From assembly GCF_009914755.1 (NCBI RefSeq), contig NC_060947.1: a DNA stretch of 64,000 nt; one strand, 5' to 3'. Each line of letters begins with the position of its first letter. Positions within the stretch are counted from its first letter, which is position 1. Positions 36,501 to 51,200 of the stretch are shown in pieces. The translations under genes were made by a program, and so were the position numbers. The DNA is from the human T2T-CHM13v2.0 reference genome, Homo sapiens. Under the pieces are notes generated by a model. It was not told where the DNA came from. It made no database searches and worked only from the letters and a program-made list of their open reading frames with translations.

Positions 36501-39500
36501 CTCTGTGAATTGAATACAAATATCACAAAGAATGTTCTGAGTTTGCTTCCGTTCAGTTATGGGAAGTTGATCCCGTTTCCAACGAAATCCTCAGAGAGGT
36601 CCAAATATCCCCTCGCAGATTCTACAAAACGTGTGTTTGGAAACTGCTCCATCATAACGAATGTTCAGCTCCCTGAGTTAAACTCCATCGTCACAAAGAA
36701 TTTTCTGAGAGTGCTACCGTCTGGTTTTTATATGAAGTTCTTTCCTTCACTACCACAGGCCTCAAAGCGGTCCAAATCTCCACTTGCAGATTCTACAAAA
36801 AGAGTGTTTGCAAACTGCTCTATCAAAAGGAATGTTCAACTCTGGGAGTTGAATGCAATCATCACAGAGCAGTTTCTGAGAATGCTTCTATGTCGTTTTT
36901 AGGAGAAGATATTTCCTTTTCCAACACAGTCCTCCAAGCCCGCTAAATAGCCACTTGCACATTGTAGAAAAAGTGTGTCAAAGCTGCGCTATCAAAGGGA
37001 AAGTTCAACTCTGTGAGGTGAATGCAAACATCCCAAAGAAGTTTCTGAGAATGCTTCCGTTTAGCTTTTAGGTGAAGATTATCCCGTTTCCAACGAAACC
37101 TTCAAAGAGGTCCAAATATCCCCTTGCGGATCCCACAGAAAGAGTGTTTCGAAACTGCTGTTTCAAAAGGAATCTTCAACTCTGTGAGTTGAATGCAATC
37201 ATCACAAAGAAGTTTCTGACAATGCTTCTCTCTCGTCTTTCTGTGAAGATAAAGGAAAAGGCTTTCAGGCCTTTTCCACCACAGGCCTGAAAGCGCTCCA
37301 AATGTCCACTTGCAGATTCTGCGAAAAGAATATTTCAAAACTGCTCTATGAAAAGCAATGTTAAACTCTGTGGCTCGAACACAAACATCACAAAGCGGTT
37401 TCTGAGAATGTTTCAGTTTAGTTTTTCTGTGGAAATATTCCCGTTTCCAAAGAAATCTTCAAAGAGGTCCACGTATCCACTTACAGATTCTACAAAAAGA
37501 CAGTTTCAAAACTGCTCCATCAAAAGGAGGGTTCAACTGTGTGACTTGAATGCAATCATCACTCAGAAGTTTCTGAGAATGCTTCTCTTTAGTTTTTACG
37601 TGAACATATACCCGTTTCGAACGAAGGCCACCCAGTGGTCCAAATATCCACTTGCAGATTATACAGAAAGAGTGTTTCGAACCTGAACTCTCAAAGGCAG
37701 GTTCATCTCTGCGAGTTAAATGCATTCATCATGAAGAACTTTCTCAGAGTGTTTGTGTTTAGTTATGGGAAATTATTCCCGTTTCCAACGAAATCCTCAG
37801 AGTGGTCCAAATATCCACCTGCAGATTCTACCAAAAGTGTATTTGGAAACTGCTCCATCAAAAGGCATGTTCAGCTCTGTGAGTGAAACTCCATCATCAC
37901 AAAGAATATTCTGAGAATGCTTCCGTTTGCCTTTTATCTGAAGTTCCTTCCTATACGACCGTAGGCCTCAAAGCAGTCCAAATCTCCATTTGCAGATTCT
38001 ACAAAAAGAGTGATTCCAATCTGCTCTATCAATAGGATTGTTCAACTCCATGAGTTGAATGCCATCCTCACAAAGTCGTTTCTGAGAATGCTTCTATCTA
38101 GTTTTTATGTGAAGATATTTCCTTTTCCACCACAGGCCTCAAAGCCCTCCAAACGTCCACTTGCAGATTCTCGAAAAAGAGTGTTTTATAGCTGCTCTTT
38201 CAAAAGGAAAGTTCAACTCTGGGAGTTGAATACAAACATCACAAAGTAGTTTCCGAGAATGCTTCTGTTTAGTTTTTATGTGAAGATGATCCCGTTTCCA
38301 GTGAAATCTTCAAAGAGGTCCACATATCCCCTTGCAGATTCCAAAGAAAGAGGGTTTCAAAACTGCTCCATCAGAAGGATTGTTCAACTCTGTGAGTTGA
38401 ATGCAGTCATCGCAGAAAACTTTCTGAGAATGCTTCTGTCTAGGTTTGATGTGAAGATATAGATGTTTCAAACGAAGGCTACAAAGTGGTCAAAATATAC
38501 ACTTGCAGATTCTACTACAAGGGTGTTGCAAACCTGAACTATCAAAGGAAGGTTCAACTCTGTGAGTTGAATACAAACATCACAAAGAATGTTCTGAGTT
38601 TGCTTCCGTTCAGTTATGGGAAGTTGATCCCGTTTCCAACGAAATCCTCAGAGAGGTCCAAATATCCCCTTGCAGATTCTACAAAACGTGTGTTTGGAAA
38701 CTGCTCCATCATAACGAATGTTCAGCTCCCTGAGTTAAACTCCATCGTCACAAAGAATTTTCTGAGAGTGCTACCGTCTGGTTTTTATATGAAGTTCTTT
38801 CCTTCACTACCACAGGCCTCAAAGCGGTCCAAATCTCCACTTGCAGATTCTACAAAAAGAGTGTTTGCAAACTGCTCTATCAAAAGGAATGTTCAACTCT
38901 GGGAGTTGAATGCAATCATCACAGAGCAGTTTCTGAGAATGCTTCTATGTCGTTTTTAGGAGAAGATATTTCCTTTTCCAACACAGTCCTCCAAGCCCGC
39001 TAAATAGCCACTTGCACATTGTAGAAAAAGTGTGTCAAAGCTGCGCTATCAAAGGGAAAGTTCAACTCTGTGAGGTGAATGCAAACATCCCAAAGAAGTT
39101 TCTGAGAATGCTTCCGTTTAGCTTTTAGGTGAGGATTATCCCGTTTCCAACGAAACCTTCAAAGAGGTCCAAATATCCCCTTGCGGATCCCACAGAAAGA
39201 GTGTTTCGAAACTGCTGTTTCAAAAGGAATGTTCAACTCTGTGAGTTGAATGCAATCATCACAAAGAAGTTTCTGACAATGCTTCTCTCTCGTCTTTCTG
39301 TGAAGATAAAGGAAAAGGCTTTCAGGCCTTTTCCACCACAGGCCTGAAAGCGCTCCAAATGTCCACTTGCAGATTCTGCGAAAAGAATATTTCAAAACTG
39401 CTCTATGAAAAGCAATGTTAAACTCTGTGGCTCGAACACAAACATCACAAAGCAGTTTCTGAGAATGCTTCAGTTTAGTTTTTCTGTGGAAATATTACCG

Positions 39501-42500
39501 TTTCCAAAGAAATCTTCAAAGAGGTCCACGTATCCACTTACAGATTCTACAAAAAGACAGTTTCAAAACTGCTCCATCAAAAGGAGGGTTCAACTGTGTG
39601 ACTTGAATGCAATCATCACTCAGAAGTTTCTGAGAATGCTTCTCTTTAGTTTTTACGTGAACATATACCCGTTTCGAACGAAGGCCACCCAGTGGTCCAA
39701 ATATCCACTTGCAGATTCTACAGAAAGAGTGTTTCGAACCTGAACTCTCAAAGGAAGGTTCATCTCTGCGAGTTAAATGCATTCATCATGAAGAACTTTC
39801 TCAGAGTATTTGTGTTTAGTTATGGGAAATTATTCCCGTTTCCAAAGAAATCCTCAGAGAGCTCCAAATATCCACCTGCAGATTCTACCAAAAGTGTATT
39901 TGGAAACTGCTCCATCAAAAGGCATGTTCAGCTCTGTGAGTGAAACTCCATCATCACAAAGAGTATTCTGAGAATGCTTCCGTTTGCCTTTTATATGAAG
40001 TTCCTTCCTGTACTACCGTAGGCCTCAAAGCAGTCCAAATCTCCATTTGCAGATTCTACAAAAAGAGTGATTCCAATCTGCTCTATCAATAGGATTGTTC
40101 AACTCCATGAGTTGAATGCCATCCTCACAAAGTAGTTTCTGAGAATGCTTCTATCTGGTTTTTGTGTGAAGATATTTCCTTTTCCACCACAGGCCTCAAA
40201 GCCCTCCAAACGTCCACTTGCAGATTCTCGAAAAAGAGTGTTTCATAGCTGCTCTTTCAAAAGGAAAGTTCAACTCTGGGAGTTGAATACAAACATCACA
40301 AAATAGTTTCCGAGAATGCTTCAGTTTAGTTTTTATGTGAAGATGATCCCGTTTCCAGTGAAATCTTCAAAGAGGTCCACATATCCCCTTGCAGATTCCA
40401 AAGAAAGAGGGTTTCAAAACTGCTCCATCAGAAGGATTGTTCAACTCTGTGAGTTGAATGCAGTCATCGCAGAAAACTTTCTGAGAATGCTTCTGTCTAG
40501 GTTTGATGTGAAGATATAGATATTTCAAACGAAGGCTACAAAGTGGTCAAAATATACACTTGCAGATTCTACTACAAGGGTGTTGCAAACCTGAACTATC
40601 AAAGGAAGGTTCAACTCTGTGAGTTGAATACAAACATCACAAAGAATGTTCTGAGTTTGCTTCCGTTCAGTTATGGGAAGTTGATCCCGTTTCCAACGAA
40701 ATCCTCAGAGAGGTCCAAATATCCCCTTGCAGATTCTACAAAACGTGTGTTTGGAAACTGCTCCATCATAACGAATGTTCAGCTCCCTGAGTTAAACTCC
40801 ATCGTCACAAAGAATTTTCTGAGAGTGCTACCGTCTGGTTTTTATATGAAGTTCTTTCCTTCACTACCACAGGCCTCAAAGCGGTCCAAATCTCCACTTG
40901 CAGATTGTACAAAAAGAGTGTTTGCAAACTGCTCTATCAAAAGGAATGTTCAACTCTGGGAGTTGAATGCAATCATCACAGAGCAGTTTCTGAGAATGCT
41001 TCTATGTCGTTTTTAGGAGAAGATATTTCCTTTTCCAACACAATCCTCCAAGCCCGCTAAATAGCCACTTGCACATTGTAGAAAAAGTGTGTCAAAGCTG
41101 CGCTATCAAAGGGAAAGTTCAACTCTGTGAGGTGAATGCAAACATCCCAAAGAAGTTTCTGAGAATGCTTCCGTTTAGCTTTTAGGTGAAGATTATCCCG
41201 TTTCCAACGAAACCTTCAAAGAGGTCCAAATATCCCCTTGCGGATCCCACAGAAAGAGTGTTTCGAAACTGCTGTTTCAAAAGGAATCTTCAACTCTGTG
41301 AGTTGAATGCAATCATCACAAAGAAGTTTCTGACAATGCTTCTCTCTCGTCTTTCTGTGAAGATAAAGGAAAAGGCTTTCAGGCCTTTTCCACCACAGGC
41401 CTGAAAGCGCTCCAAATGTCCACTTGCAGATTCTGCCAAAAGAATATTTCAAAACTGCTCTATGAAAAGCAATGTTAAACTCTGTGGCTGGAACACAAAC
41501 ATCACAAAGCGGTTTCTGAGAATGTTTCAGTTTAGTTTTTCTGTGGAAATATTCCCGTTTCCAAAGAAATCTTCAAAGAGGTCCACGTATCCACTTACAG
41601 ATTCTACAAAAAGACAGTTTCAAAACTGCTCCATCAAAAGGAGGGTTCAACTGTGTGACTTGAATGCAATCATCACTCAGAAGTTTCTGAGAATGCTTCT
41701 CTTTAGTTTTTACGTGAACATATACCCGTTTCGAACGAAGGCCACCCAGTGGTCCAAATATCCACTTGCAGATTCTACAGAAAGAGTGTTTCGAACCTGA
41801 ACTCTCAAAGGCAGGTTCATCTCTGCGAGTTAAATGCATTCATCATGAAGAACTTTCTCAGAGTGTTTGTGTTTAGTTATGGGAAATTATTCCCGTTTCC
41901 AACGAAATCCTCAGAGAGCTCCAAATATCCACCTGCAGATTCTACCAAAAGTGTATTTGGAAACTGCTCCATCAAAAGGCATGTTCAGCTCTGTGAGTGA
42001 AACTCCATCATCACAAAGAATATTCTGAGAATGCTTCCGTTTGCCTTTTATATGAAGTTCCTTCCTGTACTACCGTAGGCCTCAAAGCAGTCCAAATCTC
42101 CATTTGCAGATTCTACAAAAAGAGTGATTCCAATCTGCTCTATCAATAGGATTGTTCAACTCCATGAGTTGAATGCCATCCTCACAAAGTAGTTTCTGAG
42201 AATGCTTCTATCTGGTTTTTGTGTGAAGATATTTCCTTTTCCACCACAGGCCTCAAAGCCCTCCAAACGTCCACTTGCAGATTCTCGAAAAAGAGTGTTT
42301 CATAGCTGCTCTTTCAAAAGGAAAGTTCAACTCTGGGAGTTGAATACAAACATCACAAAATAGTTTCCGAGAATGCTTCTGTTTAGTTTTTATGTGAAGA
42401 TGATCCCGTTTCCAGTGAAATCTTCAAAGAGGTCCACATATCCTCTTGCAGATTCCAAAGAAAGAGGGTTTCAAAACTGCTCCATCAAAAGGATTGTTCA

Positions 42501-45299
42501 ACTCTGTGAGTTGAATGCAGTCATCACAGAAAACTTTCTGAGAATGCTTCTGTCTAGGTTTGATGTGAAGATATAGATGTTTCAAACGAAGGCTACAAAG
42601 TGGTCAAAATATACACTTGCAGATTCTACTACAAGGGTGTTGCAAACCTGAACTATCAAAGGAAGGTTCAACTCTGTGAGTTGAATACAAACATCACAAA
42701 GAATGTTCTGAGTTTGCTTCCGTTCAGTTATGGGAAGTTGATCCCGTTTCCAACGAAATCCTCAGAGAGGTCCAAATATCCCCTTGCAGATTCTACAAAA
42801 CGTGTGTTTGGAAACTGCTCCATCATAACGAATGTTCAGCTCCCTGAGTTAAACTCCATCGTCACAAAGAATTTTCTGAGAGTGCTACCGTCTGGTTTTT
42901 ATATGAAGTTCTTTCCTTCACTACCACAGGCCTCAAAGCGGTCCAAATCTCCACTTGCAGATTCTACAAAAAGAGTGTTTGCAAACTGCTCTATCAAAAG
43001 GAATGTTCAACTCTGGGAGTTGAATGCAATCATCACAGAGCAGTTTCTGAGAATGCTTCTATGTCGTTTTTAGGAGAAGATATTTCCTTTTCCAACACAG
43101 TCCTCCAAGCCCGCTAAATAGCCACTTGCACATTGTAGAAAAAGTGTGTCAAAGCTGCGCTATCAAAGGGAAAGTTCAACTCTGTGAGGTGAATGCAAAC
43201 ATCCCAAAGAAGTTTCTGAGAATGCTTCCGTTTAGCTTTTAGGTGAAGATTATCCCGTTTCCAACGAAACCTTCAAAGAGGTCCAAATATCCCCTTGCGG
43301 ATCCCACAGAAAGAGTGTTTCGAAACTGCTGTTTCAAAAGGAATCTTCAACTCTGTGAGTTGAATGCAATCATCACAAAGAAGTTTCTGACAATGCTTCT
43401 CTCTCGTCTTTCTGTGAAGATAAAGGAAAAGGCTTTCAGGCCTTTTCCACCACAGGCCTGAAAGCGCTCCAAATGTCCACTTGCAGATTCTGCGAAAAGA
43501 ATATTTCAAAACTGCTCTATGAAAAGCAATGTTAAACTCTGTGGCTCGAACACAAACATCACAAAGCGGTTTCCGAGAATGCTTCAGTTTAGTTTTTCTG
43601 TGGAAATATTCCCGTTTCCAAAGAAATCTTCAAAGAGGTCCACGTATCCACTTACAGATTCTACAAAAAGACAGTTTCAAAACTGCTCCATCAAAAGGAG
43701 GGTTCAACTGTGTGACTTGAATGCAATCATCACTCAGAAGTTTCTGAGAATGCTTCTCTTTAGTTTTTACGTGAACATATACCCGTTTCGAACGAAGGCC
43801 ACCCAGTGGTCCAAATATCCACTTGCAGATTCTACAGAAAGAGTGTTTCGAACCTGAACTCTCAAAGGCAGGTTCATCTCTGCGAGTTAAATGCATTCAT
43901 CATGAAGAACTTTCTCAGAGTGTTTGTGTTTAGTTATGGGAAATTATTCCCGTTTCCAACGAAATCCTCAGAGAGCTCCAAATATCCACCTGCAGATTCT
44001 ACCAAAAGTGTATTTGGAAACTGCACCATCAAAAGGCATGTTCAGCTCTGTGAGTGAAACTCCATCATCACAAAGAATATTCTGAGAATGCTTCCGTTTG
44101 CCTTTTATCTGAAGTTCCTTCCTATACGACCGTAGGCCTCAAAGCAGTCCAAATCTCCATTTGCAGATTCTACAAAAAGAGTGATTCCAATCTGCTCTAT
44201 CAATAGGATTGTTCAACTCCATGAGTTGAATGCCATCCTCACAAAGTCGTTTCTGAGAATGCTTCTATCTAGTTTTTATGTGAAGATATTTCCTTTTCCA
44301 CCACAGGCCTCAAAGCCCTCCAAACGTCCACTTGCAGATTCTCGAAAAGGAGTGTTTCATAGCTGCTCTTTCAAAAGGAAAGTTCAACTCTGGGAGTTGA
44401 ATACAAACATCACAAAGTAGTTTCCGAGAATGCTTCTGTTTAGTTTTTATGTGAAGATGATCCCGTTTCCAGTGAAATCTTCAAAGAGGTCCACATATCC
44501 CCTTGCAGATTCCAAAGAAAGAGGGTTTCAAAACTGCTCCATCAGAAGGATTGTTCAACTCTGTGAGTTGAATGCAGTCATCGCAGAAAACTTTCTGAGA
44601 ATGCTTCTGTCTAGGTTTGATGTGAAGATATAGACGTTTCAAACGAAGGCTACAAAGTGGTCAAAATATACACTTGCAGATTCTACTACAAGGGTGTTGC
44701 AAACCTGAACTATCAAAGGAAGGTTCAACTCTGTGAGTTGAATACAAACATCACAAAGAATGTTCTGAGTTTGCTTCCGTTCAGTTATGGGAAGTTGATC
44801 CCGTTTCCAACGAAATCCTCAGAGAGGTCCAAATATCCCCTCGCAGATTCTACAAAACGTGTGTTTGGAAACTGCTCCATCATAACGAATGTTCAGCTCC
44901 CTGAGTTAAACTCCATCGTCACAAAGAATTTTCTGAGAGTGCTACCGTCTGGTTTTTATATGAAGTTCTTTCCTTCACTACCACAGGCCTCAAAGCGGTC
45001 CAAATCTCCACTTGCAGATTCTACAAAAAGAGTGTTTGCAAACTGCTCTATCAAAAGGAATGTTCAACTCTGGGAGTTGAATGCAATCATCACAGAGCAG
45101 TTTCTGAGAATGCTTCTATGTCGTTTTTAGGAGAAGATATTTCCTTTTCCAACACAGTCCTCCAAGCCCGCTAAATAGCCACTTGCACATTGTAGAAAAA
45201 GTGTGTCAAAGCTGCGCTATCAAAGGGAAAGTTCAACTCTGTGAGGTGAATGCAAACATCCCAAAGAAGTTTCTGAGAATGCTTCCGTTTAGCTTTTAG

Positions 45300-48200
45300 G
45301 TGAGGATTATCCCGTTTCCAACGAAACCTTCAAAGAGGTCCAAATATCCCCTTGCGGATCCCACAGAAAGAGTGTTTCGAAACTGCTGTTTCAAAAGGAA
45401 TGTTCAACTCTGTGAGTTGAATGCAATCATCACAAAGAAGTTTCTGACAATGCTTCTCTCTCGTCTTTCTGTGAAGATAAAGGAAAAGGCTTTCAGGCCT
45501 TTTCCACCACAGGCCTGAAAGCGCTCCAAATGTCCACTTGCAGATTCTGCGAAAAGAATATTTCAAAACTGCTCTATGAAAAGCAATGTTAAACTCTGTG
45601 GCTCGAACACAAACATCACAAAGCAGTTTCTGAGAATGCTTCAGTTTAGTTTTTCTGTGGAAATATTCCCGTTTCCAAAGAAATCTTCAAAGAGGTCCAC
45701 GTATCCACTTACAGATTCTACAAAAAGACAGTTTCAAAACTGCTCCATCAAAAGGAGGGTTCAACTGTGTGACTTGAATGCAATCATCACTCAGAAGTTT
45801 CTGAGAATGCTTCTCTTTAGTTTTTACGTGAACATATACCCGTTTCGAACGAAGGCCACCCAGTGGTCCAAATATCCACTTGCAGATTCTACAGAAAGAG
45901 TGTTTCGAACCTGAACTCTCAAAGGAAGGTTCATCTCTGCGAGTTAAATGCATTCATCATGAAGAACTTTCTCAGAGTATTTGTGTTTAGTTATGGGAAA
46001 TTATTCCCGTTTCCAAAGAAATCCTCAGAGAGCTCCAAATATCCACCTGCAGATTCTACCAAAAGTGTATTTGGAAACTGCTCCATCAAAAGGCATGTTC
46101 AGCTCTGTGAGTGAAACTCCATCATCACAAAGAATATTCTGAGAATGCTTCCGTTTGCCTTTTATATGAAGTTCCTTCCTGTACTACCGTAGGCCTCAAA
46201 GCAGTCCAAATCTCCATTTGCAGATTCTACAAAAAGAGTGATTCCAATCTGCTCTATCAATAGGATTGTTCAACTCCATGAGTTGAATGCCATCCTCACA
46301 AAGTAGTTTCTGAGAATGCTTCTATCTGGTTTTTGTGTGAAGATATTTCCTTTTCCACCACAGGCCTCAAAGCCCTCCAAACGTCCACTTGCAGATTCTC
46401 GAAAAAGAGTGTTTCATAGCTGCTCTTTCAAAAGGAAAGTTCAACTCTGGGAGTTGAATACAAACATCACAAAATAGTTTCCGAGAATGCTTCTGTTTAG
46501 TTTTTATGTGAAGATGATCCCGTTTCCAGTGAAATCTTCAAAGAGGTCCACATATCCCCTTGCAGATTCCAAAGAAAGAGGGTTTCAAAACTGCTCCATC
46601 AGAAGGATTGTTCAACTCTGTGAGTTGAATGCAGTCATCGCAGAAAACTTTCTGAGAATGCTTCTGTCTAGGTTTGATGTGAAGATATAGATATTTCAAA
46701 CGAAGGCTACAAAGTGGTCAAAATATACACTTGCAGATTCTACTACAAGGGTGTTGCAAACCTGAACTATCAAAGGAAGGTTCAACTCTGTGAGTTGAAT
46801 ACAAACATCACAAAGAATGTTCTGAGTTTGCTTCCGTTCAGTTATGGGAAGTTGATCCCGTTTCCAACGAAATCCTCAGAGAGGTCCAAATATCCCCTTG
46901 CAGATTCTACAAAACGTGTGTTTGGAAACTGCTCCATCATAACGAATGTTCAGCTCCCTGAGTTAAACTCCATCGTCACAAAGAATTTTCTGAGAGTGCT
47001 ACCGTCTGGTTTTTATATGAAGTTCTTTCCTTCACTACCACAGGCCTCAAAGCGGTCCAAATCTCCACTTGCAGATTCTACAAAAAGAGTGTTTGCAAAC
47101 TGCTCTATCAAAAGGAATGTTCAACTCTGGGAGTTGAATGCAATCATCACAGAGCAGTTTCTGAGAATGCTTCTATGTCGTTTTTAGGAGAAGATATTTC
47201 CTTTTCCAACACAATCCTCCAAGCCCGCTAAATAGCCACTTGCACATTGTAGAAAAAGTGTGTCAAAGCTGCGCTATCAAAGGGAAAGTTCAACTCTGTG
47301 AGGTGAATGCAAACATCCCAAAGAAGTTTCTGAGAATGCTTCCGTTTAGCTTTTAGGTGAAGATTATCCCGTTTCCAACGAAACCTTCAAAGAGGTCCAA
47401 ATATCCCCTTGCGGATCCCACAGAAAGAGTGTTTCGAAACTGCTGTTTCAAAAGGAATCTTCAACTCTGTGAGTTGAATGCAATCATCACAAAGAAGTTT
47501 CTGACAATGCTTCTCTCTCGTCTTTCTGTGAAGATAAAGGAAAAGGCTTTCAGGCCTTTTCCACCACAGGCCTGAAAGCGCTCCAAATGTCCACTTGCAG
47601 ATTCTGCCAAAAGAATATTTCAAAACTGCTCTATGAAAAGCAATGTTAAACTCTGTGGCTGGAACACAAAAATCACAAAGCGGTTTCTGAGAATGTTTCA
47701 GTTTAGTTTTTCTGTGGAAATATTCCCGTTTCCAAAGAAATCTTCAAAGAGGTCCACGTATCCACTTACAGATTCTACAAAAAGACAGTTTCAAAACTGC
47801 TCCATCAAAAGGAGGGTTCAACTGTGTGACTTGAATGCAATCATCACTCAGAAGTTTCTGAGAATGCTTCTCTTTAGTTTTTACGTGAACATATAACCGT
47901 TTCGAACGAAGGCCACCCAGTGGTCCAAATATCCACTTGCAGATTATACAGAAAGAGTGTTTCGAACCTGAACTCTCAAAGGCAGGTTCATCTCTGCGAG
48001 TTAAATGCATTCATCATGAAGAACTTTCTCAGAGTGTTTGTGTTTAGTTATGGGAAATTATTCCCGTTTCCAACGAAATCCTCAGAGAGCTCCAAATATC
48101 CACCTGCAGATTCTACCAAAAGTGTATTTGGAAACTGCTCCATCAAAAGGCATGTTCAGCTCTGTGAGTGAAACTCCATCATCACAAAGAATATTCTGAG

Positions 48201-51200
48201 AATGCTTCCGTTTGCCTTTTATATGAAGTTCCTTCCTGTACTACCGTAGGCCTCAAAGCAGTCCAAATCTCCATTTGCAGATTCTACAAAAAGAGTGATT
48301 CCAATCTGCTCTATCAATAGGATTGTTCAACTCCATGAGTTGAATGCCATCCTCACAAAGTAGTTTCTGAGAATGCTTCTATCTGGTTTTTGTGTGAAGA
48401 TATTTCCTTTTCCACCACAGGCCTCAAAGCCCTCCAAACGTCCACTTGCAGATTCTAGAAAAAGAGTGTTTCATAGCTGCTCTTTCAAAAGGAAAGTTCA
48501 ACTCTGGGAGTTGAATACAAACATCACAAAATAGTTTCCGAGAATGCTTCTGTTTAGTTTTTATGTGAAGATGATCCCGTTTCCAGTGAAATCTTCAAAG
48601 AGGTCCACATATCCTCTTGCAGATTCCAAAGAAAGAGGGTTTCAAAACTGCTCCATCAAAAGGATTGTTCAACTCTGTGAGTTGAATGCAGTCATCGCAG
48701 AAAACTTTCTGAGAATGCTTCTGTCTAGGTTTGATGTGAAGATATAGATGTTTCAAACGAAGGCTACAAAGTGGTCAAAATATACACTTGCAGATTCTAC
48801 TACAAGAGTGTTGCAAACCTGAACTATCAAAGGAAGGTTCAACTCTGTGAGTTGAATACAAACATCACAAAGAATGTTCTGAGTTTGCTTCCGTTCAGTT
48901 ATGGGAAGTTGATCCCGTTTCCAACGAAATCCTCAGAGAGGTCCAAATATCCCCTTGCAGATTCTACAAAACGTGTGTTTGGAAACTGCTCCATCATAAC
49001 GAATGTTCAGCTCCCTGAGTTAAACTCCATCGTCACAAAGAATTTTCTGAGAGTGCTACCGTCTGGTTTTTATATGAAGTACTTTCCTTCACTACCACAG
49101 GCCTCAAAGCGGTCCAAATCTCCACTTGCAGATTCTACAAAAAGAGTGTTTGCAAACTGCTCTATCAAAAGGAATGTTCAACTCTGGGAGTTGAATGCAA
49201 TCATCACAGAGCAGTTTCTGAGAATGCTTCTATGTCGTTTTTAGGAGAAGATATTTCCTTTTCCAACACAGTCCTCCAAGCCCGCTAAATAGCCACTTGC
49301 ACATTGTAGAAAAAGTGTGTCAAAGCTGCGCTATCAAAGGGAAAGTTCAACTCTGTGAGGTGAATGCAAACATCCCAAAGAAGTTTCTGAGAATGCTTCC
49401 GTTTAGCTTTTAGGTGAAGATTATCCCGTTTCCAACGAAACCTTCAAAGAGGTCCAAATATCCCCTTGCGGATCCCACAGAAAGAGTGTTTCGAAACTGC
49501 TGTTTCAAAAGGAATCTTCAACTCTGTGAGTTGAATGCAATCATCACAAAGAAGTTTCTGACAATGCTTCTCTCTCGTCTTTCTGTGAAGATAAAGGAAA
49601 AGGCTTTCAGGCCTTTTCCACCACAGGCCTGAAAGCGCTCCAAATGTCCACTTGCAGATTCTGCGAAAAGAATATTTCAAAACTGCTCTATGAAAAGCAA
49701 TGTTAAACTCTGTGGCTCGAACACAAACATCACAAAGCGGTTTCTGAGAATGCTTCAGTTTAGTTTTTCTGTGGAAATATTCCCGTTTCCAAAGAAATCT
49801 TCAAAGAGGTCCACGTATCCACTTACAGATTCTACAAAAAGACAGTTTCAAAACTGCTACATCAAAAGGAGGGTTCAACTGTGTGACTTGAATGCAATCA
49901 TCACTCAGAAGTTTCTGAGAATGCTTCTCTTTAGTTTTTACGTGAACATATACCCGTTTCGAACGAAGGCCACCCAGTGGTCCAAATATCCACTTGCAGA
50001 TTCTACAGAAAGAGTGTTTCGAACCTGAACTCTCAAAGGAAGGTTCATCTCTGCGAGTTAAATGCATTCATCATGAAGAACTTTCTCAGAGTGTTTGTGT
50101 TTAGTTATGGGAAATTATTCCCGTTTCCAACGAAATCCTCAGAGAGCTCCAAATATCCACCTGCAGATTCTACCAAAAGTGTATTTGGAAACTGCTCCAT
50201 CAAAAGGCATGTTCAGCTCTGTGAGTGAAACTCCATCATCACAAAGAATATTCTGAGAATGCTTCCGTTTGCCTTTTATCTGAAGTTCCTTCCTATACGA
50301 CCGTAGGCCTCAAAGCAGTCCAAATCTCCATTTGCAGATTCTACAAAAAGAGTGATTCCAATCTGCTCTATCAATAGGATTGTTCAACTCCATGAGTTGA
50401 ATGCCATCCTCACAAAGTCGTTTCTGAGAATGCTTCTATCTAGTTTTTATGTGAAGATATTTCCTTTTCCACCACAGGCCTCAAAGCCCTCCAAACGTCC
50501 ACTTGCAGATTCTCGAAAAGGAGTGTTTCATAGCTGCTCTTTCGAAAGGAAAGTTCAACTCTGGGAGTTGAATACAAACATCACAAAGTAGTTTCCGAGA
50601 ATGCTTCTGTTTAGTTTTTATGTGAAGATGATCCCGTTTCCAGTGAAATCTTCAAAGAGGTCCACATATCCCCTTGCAGATTCCAAAGAAAGAGGGTTTC
50701 AAAACTGCTCCATCAGAAGGATTGTTCAACTCTGTGAGTTGAATGCAGTCATCGCAGAAAACTTTCTGAGAATGCTTCTGTCTAGGTTTGATGTGAAGAT
50801 ATAGATATTTCAAACGAAGGCTACAAAGTGGTCAAAATATACACTTGCAGATTCTACTACAAGGGTGTTGCAAACCTGAACTATCAAAGGAAGGTTCAAC
50901 TCTGTGAGTTGAATACAAACATCACAAAGAATGTTCTGAGTTTGCTTCCGTTCAGTTATGGGAAGTTGATCCCGTTTCCAACGAAATCCTCAGAGAGGTC
51001 CAAATATCCCCTTGCAGATTCTACAAAACGTGTGTTTGGAAACTGCTCCATCATAACGAATGTTCAGCTCCCTGAGTTAAACTCCATCGTCACAAAGAAT
51101 TTTCTGAGAGTGCTACCGTCTGGTTTTTATATGAAGTTCTTTCCTTCACTACCACAGGCCTCAAAGCGGTCCAAATCTCCACTTGCAGATTCTACAAAAA

